A stretch of 55,546 nt of DNA from an uncultured bacterium (lineage in GTDB: Bacteria; Bacillota_I; Bacilli_A; RF39; UBA660): assembly GCA_949285875.1 (NCBI GenBank), contig CASDZZ010000004.1, positions 1-55,546 of the forward strand, written 5' to 3'. Below are positions 25,414 to 33,910 of the stretch, in pieces; positions within the stretch are counted from its first letter, which is position 1, and every line of letters starts with the position of its first letter. The notes under the pieces are model-generated. The model was given only the letters and a program-made list of their open reading frames with translations. It was not told the DNA's origin and searched no databases. Both the position numbers and the translations under genes were made by a program.

Positions 25414-26889
25414 ATGGAAAAATTTGAAATTATAAAAGATATATCCGAAAGAACCGGCGGAGATATATATTTAGGAGTAGTAGGAGCTGTAAGAACCGGT
25501 AAATCAACATTTATAAAAAGATGTATAGAAAATTTGGTTGTACCTAATATTAAAGATGAGTATGAAAGAAAAAGATGTTTAGATGAAATTCCTCAAACTG
25601 CACAAGGTAAGACTATTATGACCATAGAGCCTAAATTTGTACCTTCTAATGCTGCAACAATCCAAATAGAAGATTTTACCGCTAATATAAGACTTATAGA
25701 TTGCGTAGGTTATGTGATTGATGCCGCTAAAGGATATGAGGACGAAAATGGTCCTAGAATGGTAAGAACACCATGGTATGATGAAGAAATACCTTTTGTT
25801 GAAGCAGCAGAAATAGGAACTGAAAAAGTAATAAGGGATCATTCTACAATTGGAATAGTAGTTACTACAGATGGTAGTATAGGAGAGATTAAAAGAGATG
25901 AGTATTTAGAAGCAGAAAATCAGGTTATAAACGAATTAAAAGAAATAGGTAAACCTTTTATTGTTGTACTAAACTCTGTACATCCTAGTCATCCTGATAC
26001 AGAACGTTTGGCACAAAATTTAAGAGAAGAGCATAATGTTCCAGTTATTCCAGTAAGTGTTGAAAATATGAATGAAAAAGAAATTTATAATATTTTAAGA
26101 GAGGCTTTATTTGAATTTCCTGTATTAAGTGTAAATGTAAATATGCCTGATTGGATAGCTTGTTTGTCACATAAACATTATTTAAAAAAGGAATATATAG
26201 AAAGAATAAAGCAAAGTGTGGTAGATGTTGATAAGGTAAGAGATGTAGATACCATAATTGGACATTTTCAGGATTGTGAATATATATCAAAAGCTTATTT
26301 ATCCGAGGTAAATACCGCAACTGGAGAAGTTACGATCAATTTGGAAGCACCTAGTGAACTATATAATGATGTGTTAAAGGATATAATAGGTATAGAAATA
26401 GATTCAAAAGCTAAACTTTTATCTTTGTTTCAAGAACTTAATGAAACTAGAGAGGAATATAGTCAGTTCAAAGAAGCTTTACAAATGGTAAAACAAACTG
26501 GTTACGGTACTTCATTTCCAACCCTTAAAGATATGAAACTTGATACTCCAGAAATAATAAAACAAGGGACAAGATATGGCGTTAAATTAAAAGCAGTAGC
26601 TCCTTCTATACACATGGTAAGAGTAGATGTGGAATCAACCTTTGAACCAATTATTGGATCAGAAATGCAAAGTAAAGAGTTGATTGATCATTTGATGAAA
26701 AATTATGACACTGATCCAGCAAGTGTATGGAAAAGTGAGATATTTGGTAGAAGTTTAGACGTGATCGTACAAGAAGGAATTAGAGGAAAGTTATCTTTAA
26801 TGCCGGATAATATTAGACACAAACTTCAAACAACTTTAACAAAAGTTGTAAATAAAGGCTCTAATAATATGATAGCTATAGTAATATAG
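25414..26889 (+). CDS. spoIVA: Stage IV sporulation protein A (coat-basement ATPase)
   Basis: 'IIKDISERTGGDIYLGVVGAVRTGKSTFIKR' Walker A N-terminus. 491 aa, with the conserved C-terminal 'NNMIAIVI'-type tail. Confidence 0.95.
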   Translation: MEKFEIIKDISERTGGDIYLGVVGAVRTGKSTFIKRCIENLVVPNIKDEYERKRCLDEIPQTAQGKTIMTIEPKFVPSNAATIQIEDFTANIRLIDCVGYVIDAAKGYEDENGPRMVRTPWYDEEIPFVEAAEIGTEKVIRDHSTIGIVVTTDGSIGEIKRDEYLEAENQVINELKEIGKPFIVVLNSVHPSHPDTERLAQNLREEHNVPVIPVSVENMNEKEIYNILREALFEFPVLSVNVNMPDWIACLSHKHYLKKEYIERIKQSVVDVDKVRDVDTIIGHFQDCEYISKAYLSEVNTATGEVTINLEAPSELYNDVLKDIIGIEIDSKAKLLSLFQELNETREEYSQFKEALQMVKQTGYGTSFPTLKDMKLDTPEIIKQGTRYGVKLKAVAPSIHMVRVDVESTFEPIIGSEMQSKELIDHLMKNYDTDPASVWKSEIFGRSLDVIVQEGIRGKLSLMPDNIRHKLQTTLTKVVNKGSNNMIAIVI

Positions 26890-26941
26890 TTATCTTTTTT
26901 TATTTAAAAAATAGTAAAATAATTGTAATAATGTCGCTTTT

Positions 26942-26971
26942 TTTACAAAAAAAGTTTATTTATGATATAAT
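26942..26971 (+). promoter_or_regulatory. Sigma-A-type promoter of the ABC-arc operon
   Basis: -35 'tttaca' (26942-26947), 18-nt spacer, extended -10 'tgatataat' (26963-26971). Confidence 0.45.
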
Positions 26972-26994
26972 TGTAAATAATAGAGGTGGTGTGT

Positions 26995-27714
26995 TTGAAA
27001 AAGATTTTAGTTTTATTAGTTATGATGTTACTAATAACAGGTTGCTCTAGTAAAGATGAAAATACTTTGGTTATGGTTACTGAGGCTGGATTTGCCCCTT
27101 ATGAGTATTATGAAGGTGGAGAAGTCGTTGGTGTTGATATCGATATCGCTAATGAAATTGCTAAAGAGCTAAATAAAAAACTTGTTGTTAAAGATGTTTC
27201 TTTCGATTTTGTAATTAATGAAGTAAAGAGTGGAAAAGCAGATTTTGGTGCTGCAGGAATGAGTATTACGGAAGAAAGAAAAAAAGAGGTTGACTTTACA
27301 ACCGAATATACAACTTCTCAGCAAGTTGTTGTTGTAAGAAAAGATAGCAATATAAATAACTTTGAAGAAATAAAAAATAAAACAATTGCGGTGCAACTTG
27401 GAACAGTGGCAGATAGTTATGCAGAAAAAAATTATAAGAATGCAAAAATAGTAAAACACAAGAAATATTTAACTGCAGCTCAGGATGTTAAGTCAAATAA
27501 AGCTGACTGTATAATTATGGATGCCTTACCAGCTAAGGAATTAGTTAAAGAAAATAATGATTTAAAAATATTAGATGGTATATTATTTGAAGATAAATAT
27601 GGAATGGTTGTTAAAAAGGGAAATGATAAATTACTAAAAGATATAAATAGAGTTTTAGAAAAATTAATAGAAGAAGGAAAAATAGAAGAATTTATTATTA
27701 AACATTCTAACTAG
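26995..27714 (+). CDS. Amino-acid ABC transporter substrate-binding lipoprotein (family 3)
   Basis: Lipobox 'LITGCSS'. 'FAPYEY...GVDIDIANEIAKEL' and 'DFGAAGMSITEERKK' are typical polar amino-acid SBP motifs. TTG 26995 lies 8 nt after 'agagg'; the ORF track opens at GTG 26986, inside the RBS. Confidence 0.85.
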   Translation: MKKILVLLVMMLLITGCSSKDENTLVMVTEAGFAPYEYYEGGEVVGVDIDIANEIAKELNKKLVVKDVSFDFVINEVKSGKADFGAAGMSITEERKKEVDFTTEYTTSQQVVVVRKDSNINNFEEIKNKTIAVQLGTVADSYAEKNYKNAKIVKHKKYLTAAQDVKSNKADCIIMDALPAKELVKENNDLKILDGILFEDKYGMVVKKGNDKLLKDINRVLEKLIEEGKIEEFIIKHSN

Positions 27715-27719
27715 GGAGT

Positions 27720-28421
27720 ATGGCTATGGATTTTTTTAGAAATATTTATGAAAACTTTTATAAAACTTTTATATATGATGATAGGTATTTATATTTTTTA
27801 GAAGGTTTAAAATATACCTTAATTATAGCTTTTTTCTCTGCTTTGCTAGGAATTTTAATTGGTTCTATAGTGGCCTTGATAAGAGATTACTATAAAGAAA
27901 ATAAAAGGATAAAATTACTAAAAAAAGTAGCAGATATATATGTTTATATAGTAAGAGGGACACCTACATTATTGCAACTAATGATTTTATATTATGTTGT
28001 ATTTAAGAGTATTGATATTCCAATTGTAGTAGTTGGAATATTGACCTTTGGGATTAATTCGGGTGCTTATGTTGCGGAAATTATTAGAGCTGGTTTTGAA
28101 TCAGTTGGAGAAGGACAAAGAGAAGCTTCTAGAACTTTAGGGCTTAAGTATGGTCAAATGATGCATTATATAATTTTTCCTCAAGCTATTCAAAAAATAT
28201 TTCCTGCTTTAGGTAATGAAGCTATAACTTTATTAAAGGAAACTTCAATAGCTGGATATATTGGTATAGTTGAACTTATTAAAGCTTCTGATATAATTTC
28301 ATCTAGAACTTATGATTACTTCTTCCCATTAGTTATTTCTGCTTTAATCTATTTATTCTTGACATTCCTTATGACTAAGATAATGAAAGTAGTAGAAAGG
28401 AGAATGAATAAATATGTTTAA
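27720..28421 (+). CDS. Amino-acid ABC transporter permease (HisM/GlnP type)
   Basis: '[15 protein letters not shown]' and the EAA loop '[28 protein letters not shown]'. Confidence 0.9.
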   Translation: MAMDFFRNIYENFYKTFIYDDRYLYFLEGLKYTLIIAFFSALLGILIGSIVALIRDYYKENKRIKLLKKVADIYVYIVRGTPTLLQLMILYYVVFKSIDIPIVVVGILTFGINSGAYVAEIIRAGFESVGEGQREASRTLGLKYGQMMHYIIFPQAIQKIFPALGNEAITLLKETSIAGYIGIVELIKASDIISSRTYDYFFPLVISALIYLFLTFLMTKIMKVVERRMNKYV

Positions 28422-29136
28422 AACAGTAAAATTAAATAAAAATTTTGATAAAGTTAAGGTTTTAAAGAATATAAACTTAGAAATAAAAAAGGGAGAAAGA
28501 GTTGTTATTATAGGTCCTTCAGGAAGTGGTAAGTCAACTTTGTTAAGATGTCTAAATGGACTTGAAAAAGTTAGTAGCGGTAAAGTATTTTTTGAAGAAA
28601 AAGATATTAGTAAAAGGGCTAATAGGGATATCTTAAAAAAATGTGGCATGGTTTTTCAAAGTTTTAATTTGTTTGAAAATCTAACTGTTCTAGAAAATAT
28701 TACTTTAGCTCCTGTTAAAACTAAGTTACTTACACAAAAAGAGGCTGAGAAAAAAGCTTTAGAGTACTTAGAAAAAATTCAACTTAAAGATAAAAAAAAT
28801 TCTTATCCATGTGACTTATCAGGAGGACAAAAACAGAGGGTTGCGATAGTTCGTGCTCTAATCATGAATCCAGATATATTATTATTTGATGAACCAACGT
28901 CTGCTTTAGATGCAGAGATGATAGAAGAAGTTTTAGATCTTATGAAATCTCTTGCAGATACTGGTATGACGATGGTAGTAGTAACCCATGAGCTAGGTTT
29001 TGCTAAAGAGTTTGCTACAAGGGTAATATTTATGGCAGATGGCCAAATATTAGAACAAGGAACTTCAAAACAAATTTTTGAAAATCCAAAAACAGATAGA
29101 TTAAAACTTTTTTTAAGTAAAATAAAAGAGGTTTAA
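28414..29136 (+). CDS. Amino-acid ABC transporter ATP-binding protein
   Basis: '[13 protein letters not shown]', '[15 protein letters not shown]', '[11 protein letters not shown]' and 'VTHE'. 8-nt overlap with the permease gene. Confidence 0.92.
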   Translation: MFKTVKLNKNFDKVKVLKNINLEIKKGERVVIIGPSGSGKSTLLRCLNGLEKVSSGKVFFEEKDISKRANRDILKKCGMVFQSFNLFENLTVLENITLAPVKTKLLTQKEAEKKALEYLEKIQLKDKKNSYPCDLSGGQKQRVAIVRALIMNPDILLFDEPTSALDAEMIEEVLDLMKSLADTGMTMVVVTHELGFAKEFATRVIFMADGQILEQGTSKQIFENPKTDRLKLFLSKIKEV

Positions 29137-29164
29137 ATATAGAATAAGAAAGGGAGATATTATA

Positions 29165-30406
29165 ATGAGTAAAATTAACGTAAAAAGTGAAATAAAACCA
29201 TTAAAAAAAGTTTTACTTCACAGACCAGGAAAGGAATTATTGAACTTAACACCAGATACTTTAGGTGATTTGCTATTTGATGATATTCCTTTTTTACCTG
29301 ATGCTCAAAAGGAGCATGATGAATTTGCTAAAATTCTAACTGATAATGGGGTAGAAGTAGTTTATCTAGAAGATTTAATGGCTGATGTTCTAGATCTTGA
29401 TTCGAGAATAAAAGAAAGCTTCTTAAGACAGTTTATTTATGAAGCAGGCATTAGAACTCCTAAATATAAAAATTTAGTTTTTGAATATCTAAATAGTTTT
29501 ACTGATAACAAAAAATTAGTATTAAAAACTATGGAAGGAATTCAAATTTCTGAACTTGATAGAAAGAAAAGGGAAATAGAAAAATCATTAGTTGATTTAG
29601 TTACTGAAGAATCTGATTTCCTAGCAGATCCAATGCCAAACCTTTATTTTACAAGAGATAATTTTGCAAGTATAGGTAATGGTATTTCATTAAATAAAAT
29701 GTTTTCAGTAACAAGAAATAGAGAAACTATTTATGCTGAATATATATTTAATTATCATCCTGATTATAGGGGGCAAGTAGATAAATATTATGATAGATAT
29801 TTACCACACCATATAGAAGGAGGAGATATTCTTAATTTAAATGATCATATATTAGCTGTTGGTATTTCTCAAAGAACTACAGCAGAAGCTATTGATCAGT
29901 TAGCTAAGAATCTATTTAAAGATCCTGATTGCAAGATTGATACTGTACTAGCTTTTAACATTCCAGTAAGTCGTGCATTTATGCATTTGGATACAGTATT
30001 TACACAAATAGATCATGATAAATTTACTTATCATCCTGGAATTATGGACACTTTGCAAGTATTTGAAATTACTGAAGGAGATATTCCTGATAGTGATGAG
30101 GATTTAAATGTTAAGGGAATTAATGATTCCTTAGAAAATATATTAGAAAAATATTTACAAAGAAAAATCACTTTAATACCTTGTGCTGGAGGAGATAAAG
30201 TAGGAGCTGCAAGAGAACAATGGAATGATGGTTCTAATACATTATGTATTGCACCGGGTGTTGTAGTTGTATATGATCGTAATGATGTTACCAACAAAGT
30301 TTTAAGAGAATATGGTCTAAAAGTTTTAGAACTTCATGGTGCTGAATTATCTCGTGGCCGTGGTGGTCCAAGATGTATGAGCATGCCATTAGAAAGGGAG
30401 GAATAA
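29165..30406 (+). CDS. arcA: Arginine deiminase
   Basis: '[13 protein letters not shown]', 'MPNLYFTRD', 'FMHLDTVFT' and the catalytic C-terminal '[10 protein letters not shown]'. Confidence 0.95.
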   Translation: MSKINVKSEIKPLKKVLLHRPGKELLNLTPDTLGDLLFDDIPFLPDAQKEHDEFAKILTDNGVEVVYLEDLMADVLDLDSRIKESFLRQFIYEAGIRTPKYKNLVFEYLNSFTDNKKLVLKTMEGIQISELDRKKREIEKSLVDLVTEESDFLADPMPNLYFTRDNFASIGNGISLNKMFSVTRNRETIYAEYIFNYHPDYRGQVDKYYDRYLPHHIEGGDILNLNDHILAVGISQRTTAEAIDQLAKNLFKDPDCKIDTVLAFNIPVSRAFMHLDTVFTQIDHDKFTYHPGIMDTLQVFEITEGDIPDSDEDLNVKGINDSLENILEKYLQRKITLIPCAGGDKVGAAREQWNDGSNTLCIAPGVVVVYDRNDVTNKVLREYGLKVLELHGAELSRGRGGPRCMSMPLEREE

Positions 30407-30407
30407 C

Positions 30408-31394
30408 ATGGATTTTAGTAACAGAGATTTTTTGAAACTACTCGATTATAGTAAAGAAGAAATTTTAGAATTACTTAGACTTTCTCATAAATTTAAAAAA
30501 ATGAAAAAAGAAGGTCAATCTCATAGGTATTTAGTAGGTAAAAATGTTGTTTTATTATTTGAAAAAGATTCAACAAGAACAAGATGTGCTTTTGAAGTAG
30601 GCGCTAAAGATTTAGGAATGGGAGTTACTTATTTAGGTCCAACCGGATCACAAATGGGCAAAAAGGAAAGTATAAAAGATACTGCTAGAGTTTTAGCTAG
30701 AATGTATGATGGTATAGAGTATCGTGGCTTCGACCAAGAAGTAGTAGAAGAACTTGCTAAATATTCTAGTGTACCAGTATGGAATGGTTTAACTAATGAA
30801 TTTCATCCAACGCAAATGCTTGCAGATATAATGACTATGCAGGAGAATTTTGATGAAATAAAAGGAAGAAAATTAACATTTTTTGGAGATGCAAGAAATA
30901 ATGTAGGTAATTCTTTAATGGTAGTTTGTGCTAAATTAGGAATTAATTTTACTTGTTGTGCTCCTAAAGAATTATTCCCTAATAAAGAACTAGTTGAAAC
31001 TTGTAAAAATATTGCAAGTGAAAATGGTTCTACAATTACTCTTACTGAAGATGCTACTGAAGGTGCTAAGGGAGCTGATGTTATATATACTGATGTATGG
31101 GTTTCAATGGGAGAAGATCCTAGTATTTGGGAGACAAGAATAAAACAATTATCTCCTTATCAAGTTAATAGTAAGGTTATGAGTTTAGCTAATAAAGATG
31201 CAATCTTTTTACATTGCTTACCATCTTTTCATGATACTAATACAAAAATTGGTAAAGAAATATATGATCGTTTTGGAATTAAGGAAATGGAAGTTACTGA
31301 TGAAGTATTTGAAAGTAAAGCTTCTAAAGTTATGGATGAAGCAGAAAATAGACTTCATACAATTAAAACGATTATGTATGTAACTTTAAAATGA
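30408..31394 (+). CDS. arcB: Ornithine carbamoyltransferase (catabolic context)
   Basis: 'STRTRCAFE', 'HPTQMLAD', 'DVWVSMGE' and 'FLHCLP' motifs. Confidence 0.95.
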   Translation: MDFSNRDFLKLLDYSKEEILELLRLSHKFKKMKKEGQSHRYLVGKNVVLLFEKDSTRTRCAFEVGAKDLGMGVTYLGPTGSQMGKKESIKDTARVLARMYDGIEYRGFDQEVVEELAKYSSVPVWNGLTNEFHPTQMLADIMTMQENFDEIKGRKLTFFGDARNNVGNSLMVVCAKLGINFTCCAPKELFPNKELVETCKNIASENGSTITLTEDATEGAKGADVIYTDVWVSMGEDPSIWETRIKQLSPYQVNSKVMSLANKDAIFLHCLPSFHDTNTKIGKEIYDRFGIKEMEVTDEVFESKASKVMDEAENRLHTIKTIMYVTLK

Positions 31395-32332
31395 AAAAGA
31401 AATTAGTTATAGCGTTAGGTGGTAATGCTTTAGGAAATACTCCTGAAGAACAATTAACAAAGGTTAAGAAAGTAGCTAAAACAATTATTAATTTGAGTGA
31501 AGAAGGGTATGACATAGTTATTACCCATGGTAATGGCCCACAAGTTGGTATTATAAATTTAGCAATGGAAAGTGGTCATGAAAATGAAAACACTCCTATT
31601 ATGCCTTTTGCAGAGTGTGGTGCGATGAGTCAGGGATATATTGGTTATCATCTTCAGCAAGCTATTCAACATGAATTGAATAGAAGAAATAAAAGAAAAC
31701 AGTGTATGACCGTTTTGACTCAGGTTCTTGTGGATGGAAAAGATAAGGCTTTCTCTAATCCAACAAAGCCTATAGGAAGTTTTTATACAAAAGAAGAAGC
31801 TGAAGCTGAAATGAAAGAAAAAGGCTATGTTTTTAAGGAAGATGCTGGAAGAGGGTACAGAAGAATTGTAGCTTCTCCAGAACCTTTAAAAATTGTAGAG
31901 TTGAAAATTATTCAGAAGTTATTAGATTCTCATAGTATTGTAATTGCAGCTGGTGGAGGCGGTATTCCAGTTGTAAAAAGAAGAGGTCTTTATAAAGGTA
32001 TTGATGCTGTAATTGACAAAGATAAAACAAGTGCAAGATTAGCAATTGACTTAAAGGCTGATTTGTTTGTAATTTTAACTACCGTAGAAAAGGTTAAAAT
32101 AAATTTTGGAAAAGAAAATGAAGAAGATTTAGATATAATGAGTGTTAAGGAGGCTGTAACATATTTAAGTAGTGGAGAGTTTAAAGAAGGTAGTATGAAA
32201 CCTAAGGTTGAAGCTTGCTTGGAGTATGTTAAGCATAAAAGAGGCGGACAAGCTATAATTACGTCTTTAGATAGAGCTTACGAAGCCTTAATGGGAAAAA
32301 CTGGTACAGTTATAGTTAAAGGAGGGATATAA
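31391..32332 (+). CDS. arcC: Carbamate kinase
   Basis: 'VIALGGNAL', 'THGNGPQVG' and 'AAGGGGIPV' motifs. 4-nt overlap with arcB. Confidence 0.95.
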   Translation: MKKKLVIALGGNALGNTPEEQLTKVKKVAKTIINLSEEGYDIVITHGNGPQVGIINLAMESGHENENTPIMPFAECGAMSQGYIGYHLQQAIQHELNRRNKRKQCMTVLTQVLVDGKDKAFSNPTKPIGSFYTKEEAEAEMKEKGYVFKEDAGRGYRRIVASPEPLKIVELKIIQKLLDSHSIVIAAGGGGIPVVKRRGLYKGIDAVIDKDKTSARLAIDLKADLFVILTTVEKVKINFGKENEEDLDIMSVKEAVTYLSSGEFKEGSMKPKVEACLEYVKHKRGGQAIITSLDRAYEALMGKTGTVIVKGGI

Positions 32333-33778
32333 GTGGCCAAAAAAAGAAAAAAGAAAGGTTTTTTAACTGCCTTTTCAATTATCTTCATTTTGATTTTTAT
32401 GCTTGGTATAGCATCTCATTTATTACCAGCAGCAAAATTTGATGGTGATACTATTGTAAATGGTAGTGGTGTAGTAGGTGCTAAATTATCAGACATTCTA
32501 TTATCACCTATATTAGGTTTTGAAAATGCAATAGACGTATGTATTTTCGTATTGATTTTAGGAGGTTTTTTAGCTACAGTAGCAAGAACAAAAGCCTTAG
32601 AAACAGGTATTCAAGTACTTGTTAGAAAATTAAAAGGTAAAGAGTTAATTCTTATTCCTATTTTAATGTTTATTTTCTCTGTTGGAGGAACAACATATGG
32701 AATGTTAGAAGAAACTGTTGGATTTTATGCTCTTTTATCAGCAACAATGGTTATGGCAGGAATGGATACAGTAGTTGCTTCTGCGATAGTTTTATTAGGA
32801 GCTGGTTCTGGAGTTCTAGGTTCAACAATCAATCCTTTTGCGGTAGGAGCAGCAGTTAGTGCTTTACCTAAAGGAATTGAAGTTAACCAAGGTATTATAA
32901 TTGGTTTAGGTGTAGCTTTATGGCTTACAACTTTAGCAATTTCAATTTTCTTTGTAATGATGTATGCAAAAAGAGTAATTAAGAAAAAAGGTTCAACAAT
33001 ACTTTCTTTAAGAGAAAGAAAAAATATGGAATTGGAATATGGTTCAGCAGAGAACAATAAAACAGAAAATGTTTCATTAGATAAAAAACAAAAAATAACT
33101 TTAGTTTTATTTGCTTTAACTTTCATTGTTATGATAGTTGGATTTATTCCTTGGGGTGAATTTGGAATTAATATATTTGATAAATTTACTGGATGGCTTA
33201 CAGGAAATCCATTAGGAAGTTGGTATTTCTATGAAGCAGCTTTATGGTTCTTAATTATGTCAATTATAATTGGACTTGTAAATCGTACTGGTGAAAATCA
33301 ATTTGTTGATACATTTATAGATGGTGCAGATGACATGGTAGGTGTTATATTAATAATTGCCATAGCACGTGGTGCATCAGTATTAATGCAAAGTACATAT
33401 TTAGATAATTATATTATTTATAATGCTTCAGAAGTACTTAAGAATGTTCCAAATTATATTTTTGCTCCATTAAACTATTTGTTACACATAGTATTATCTA
33501 TACTTGTTCCATCAAGTTCTGGATTGGTAACTTTATCAACACCTATAGTAGGTCCATTAGCTGCGCAGCTTGGTTATAGTGTTGAAACAACTGTTATGAC
33601 AACTGTTGCTGCAAATGGTTTAGTAAACTTAATTACACCAACTTGTGGTGCTATAATGGGTGGTCTTGCACTTGCTAAGGTAGAATATCCTACTTGGTTT
33701 AAGTGGGCTCTTAAAGTTGTAATTACAATAGCAATTGTAAATATAGCAATTCTTACTCTTGCAATGCTTATGTTATAA
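32333..33778 (+). CDS. YfcC / DcuC-type anaerobic carrier family membrane protein (putative arginine/ornithine-linked carrier)
   Basis: ~12 TM. GTG start immediately after the arcC stop. Layout and length match YfcC-family proteins, which are often found in arc clusters. The substrate is an inference. Confidence 0.65.
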   Translation: MAKKRKKKGFLTAFSIIFILIFMLGIASHLLPAAKFDGDTIVNGSGVVGAKLSDILLSPILGFENAIDVCIFVLILGGFLATVARTKALETGIQVLVRKLKGKELILIPILMFIFSVGGTTYGMLEETVGFYALLSATMVMAGMDTVVASAIVLLGAGSGVLGSTINPFAVGAAVSALPKGIEVNQGIIIGLGVALWLTTLAISIFFVMMYAKRVIKKKGSTILSLRERKNMELEYGSAENNKTENVSLDKKQKITLVLFALTFIVMIVGFIPWGEFGINIFDKFTGWLTGNPLGSWYFYEAALWFLIMSIIIGLVNRTGENQFVDTFIDGADDMVGVILIIAIARGASVLMQSTYLDNYIIYNASEVLKNVPNYIFAPLNYLLHIVLSILVPSSSGLVTLSTPIVGPLAAQLGYSVETTVMTTVAANGLVNLITPTCGAIMGGLALAKVEYPTWFKWALKVVITIAIVNIAILTLAMLML

Positions 33779-33791
33779 TAAAAAATATAAG

Positions 33792-33818
33792 AAAAGAAAG
33801 AAAATTCTTTCTTTTTTT
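33792..33818 (+). terminator. Terminator of the ABC-arc operon
   Basis: Stem 'aaagaaag(aa)'/'(tt)ctttcttt' followed by a T-run. Confidence 0.7.
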
Positions 33819-33873
33819 GTTTTATGAATACTTCGTATGAATAATTTTGAACCTAATACATTTTTATTTTAGT

Positions 33874-33902
33874 TTGTAAAAATGATTATTATATACTATA
33901 AT
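33874..33902 (+). promoter_or_regulatory. Sigma-A-type promoter at the head of the glycopolymer locus
   Basis: -35 'ttgtaa' (33874-33879), 17-nt spacer, -10 'tataat' (33897-33902). Confidence 0.45.
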
Positions 33903-33910
33903 TAATATAG

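Noticed and set aside
32725-33126. 133-aa antisense ORF inside the YfcC-like gene. Similar long antisense ORFs lie at 35512..35913, 37360..37749, 47388..47699, 53223..53582, 27169..27459, 28353..28649, 30031..30297, 21893..22224, 25579..25842, 26045..26320, 41653..41970, 38959..39210, 48770..49000, 19234..19473, 19946..20137, 24972..25175, 12962..13144, 14633..14818, 16163..16381, 39379..39564 and 40149..40340.
   Set aside because: All are embedded opposite, or out of frame in, sense genes that carry clear family motifs. They lack RBSs and have biased low-complexity composition. I treat them as shadow ORFs.
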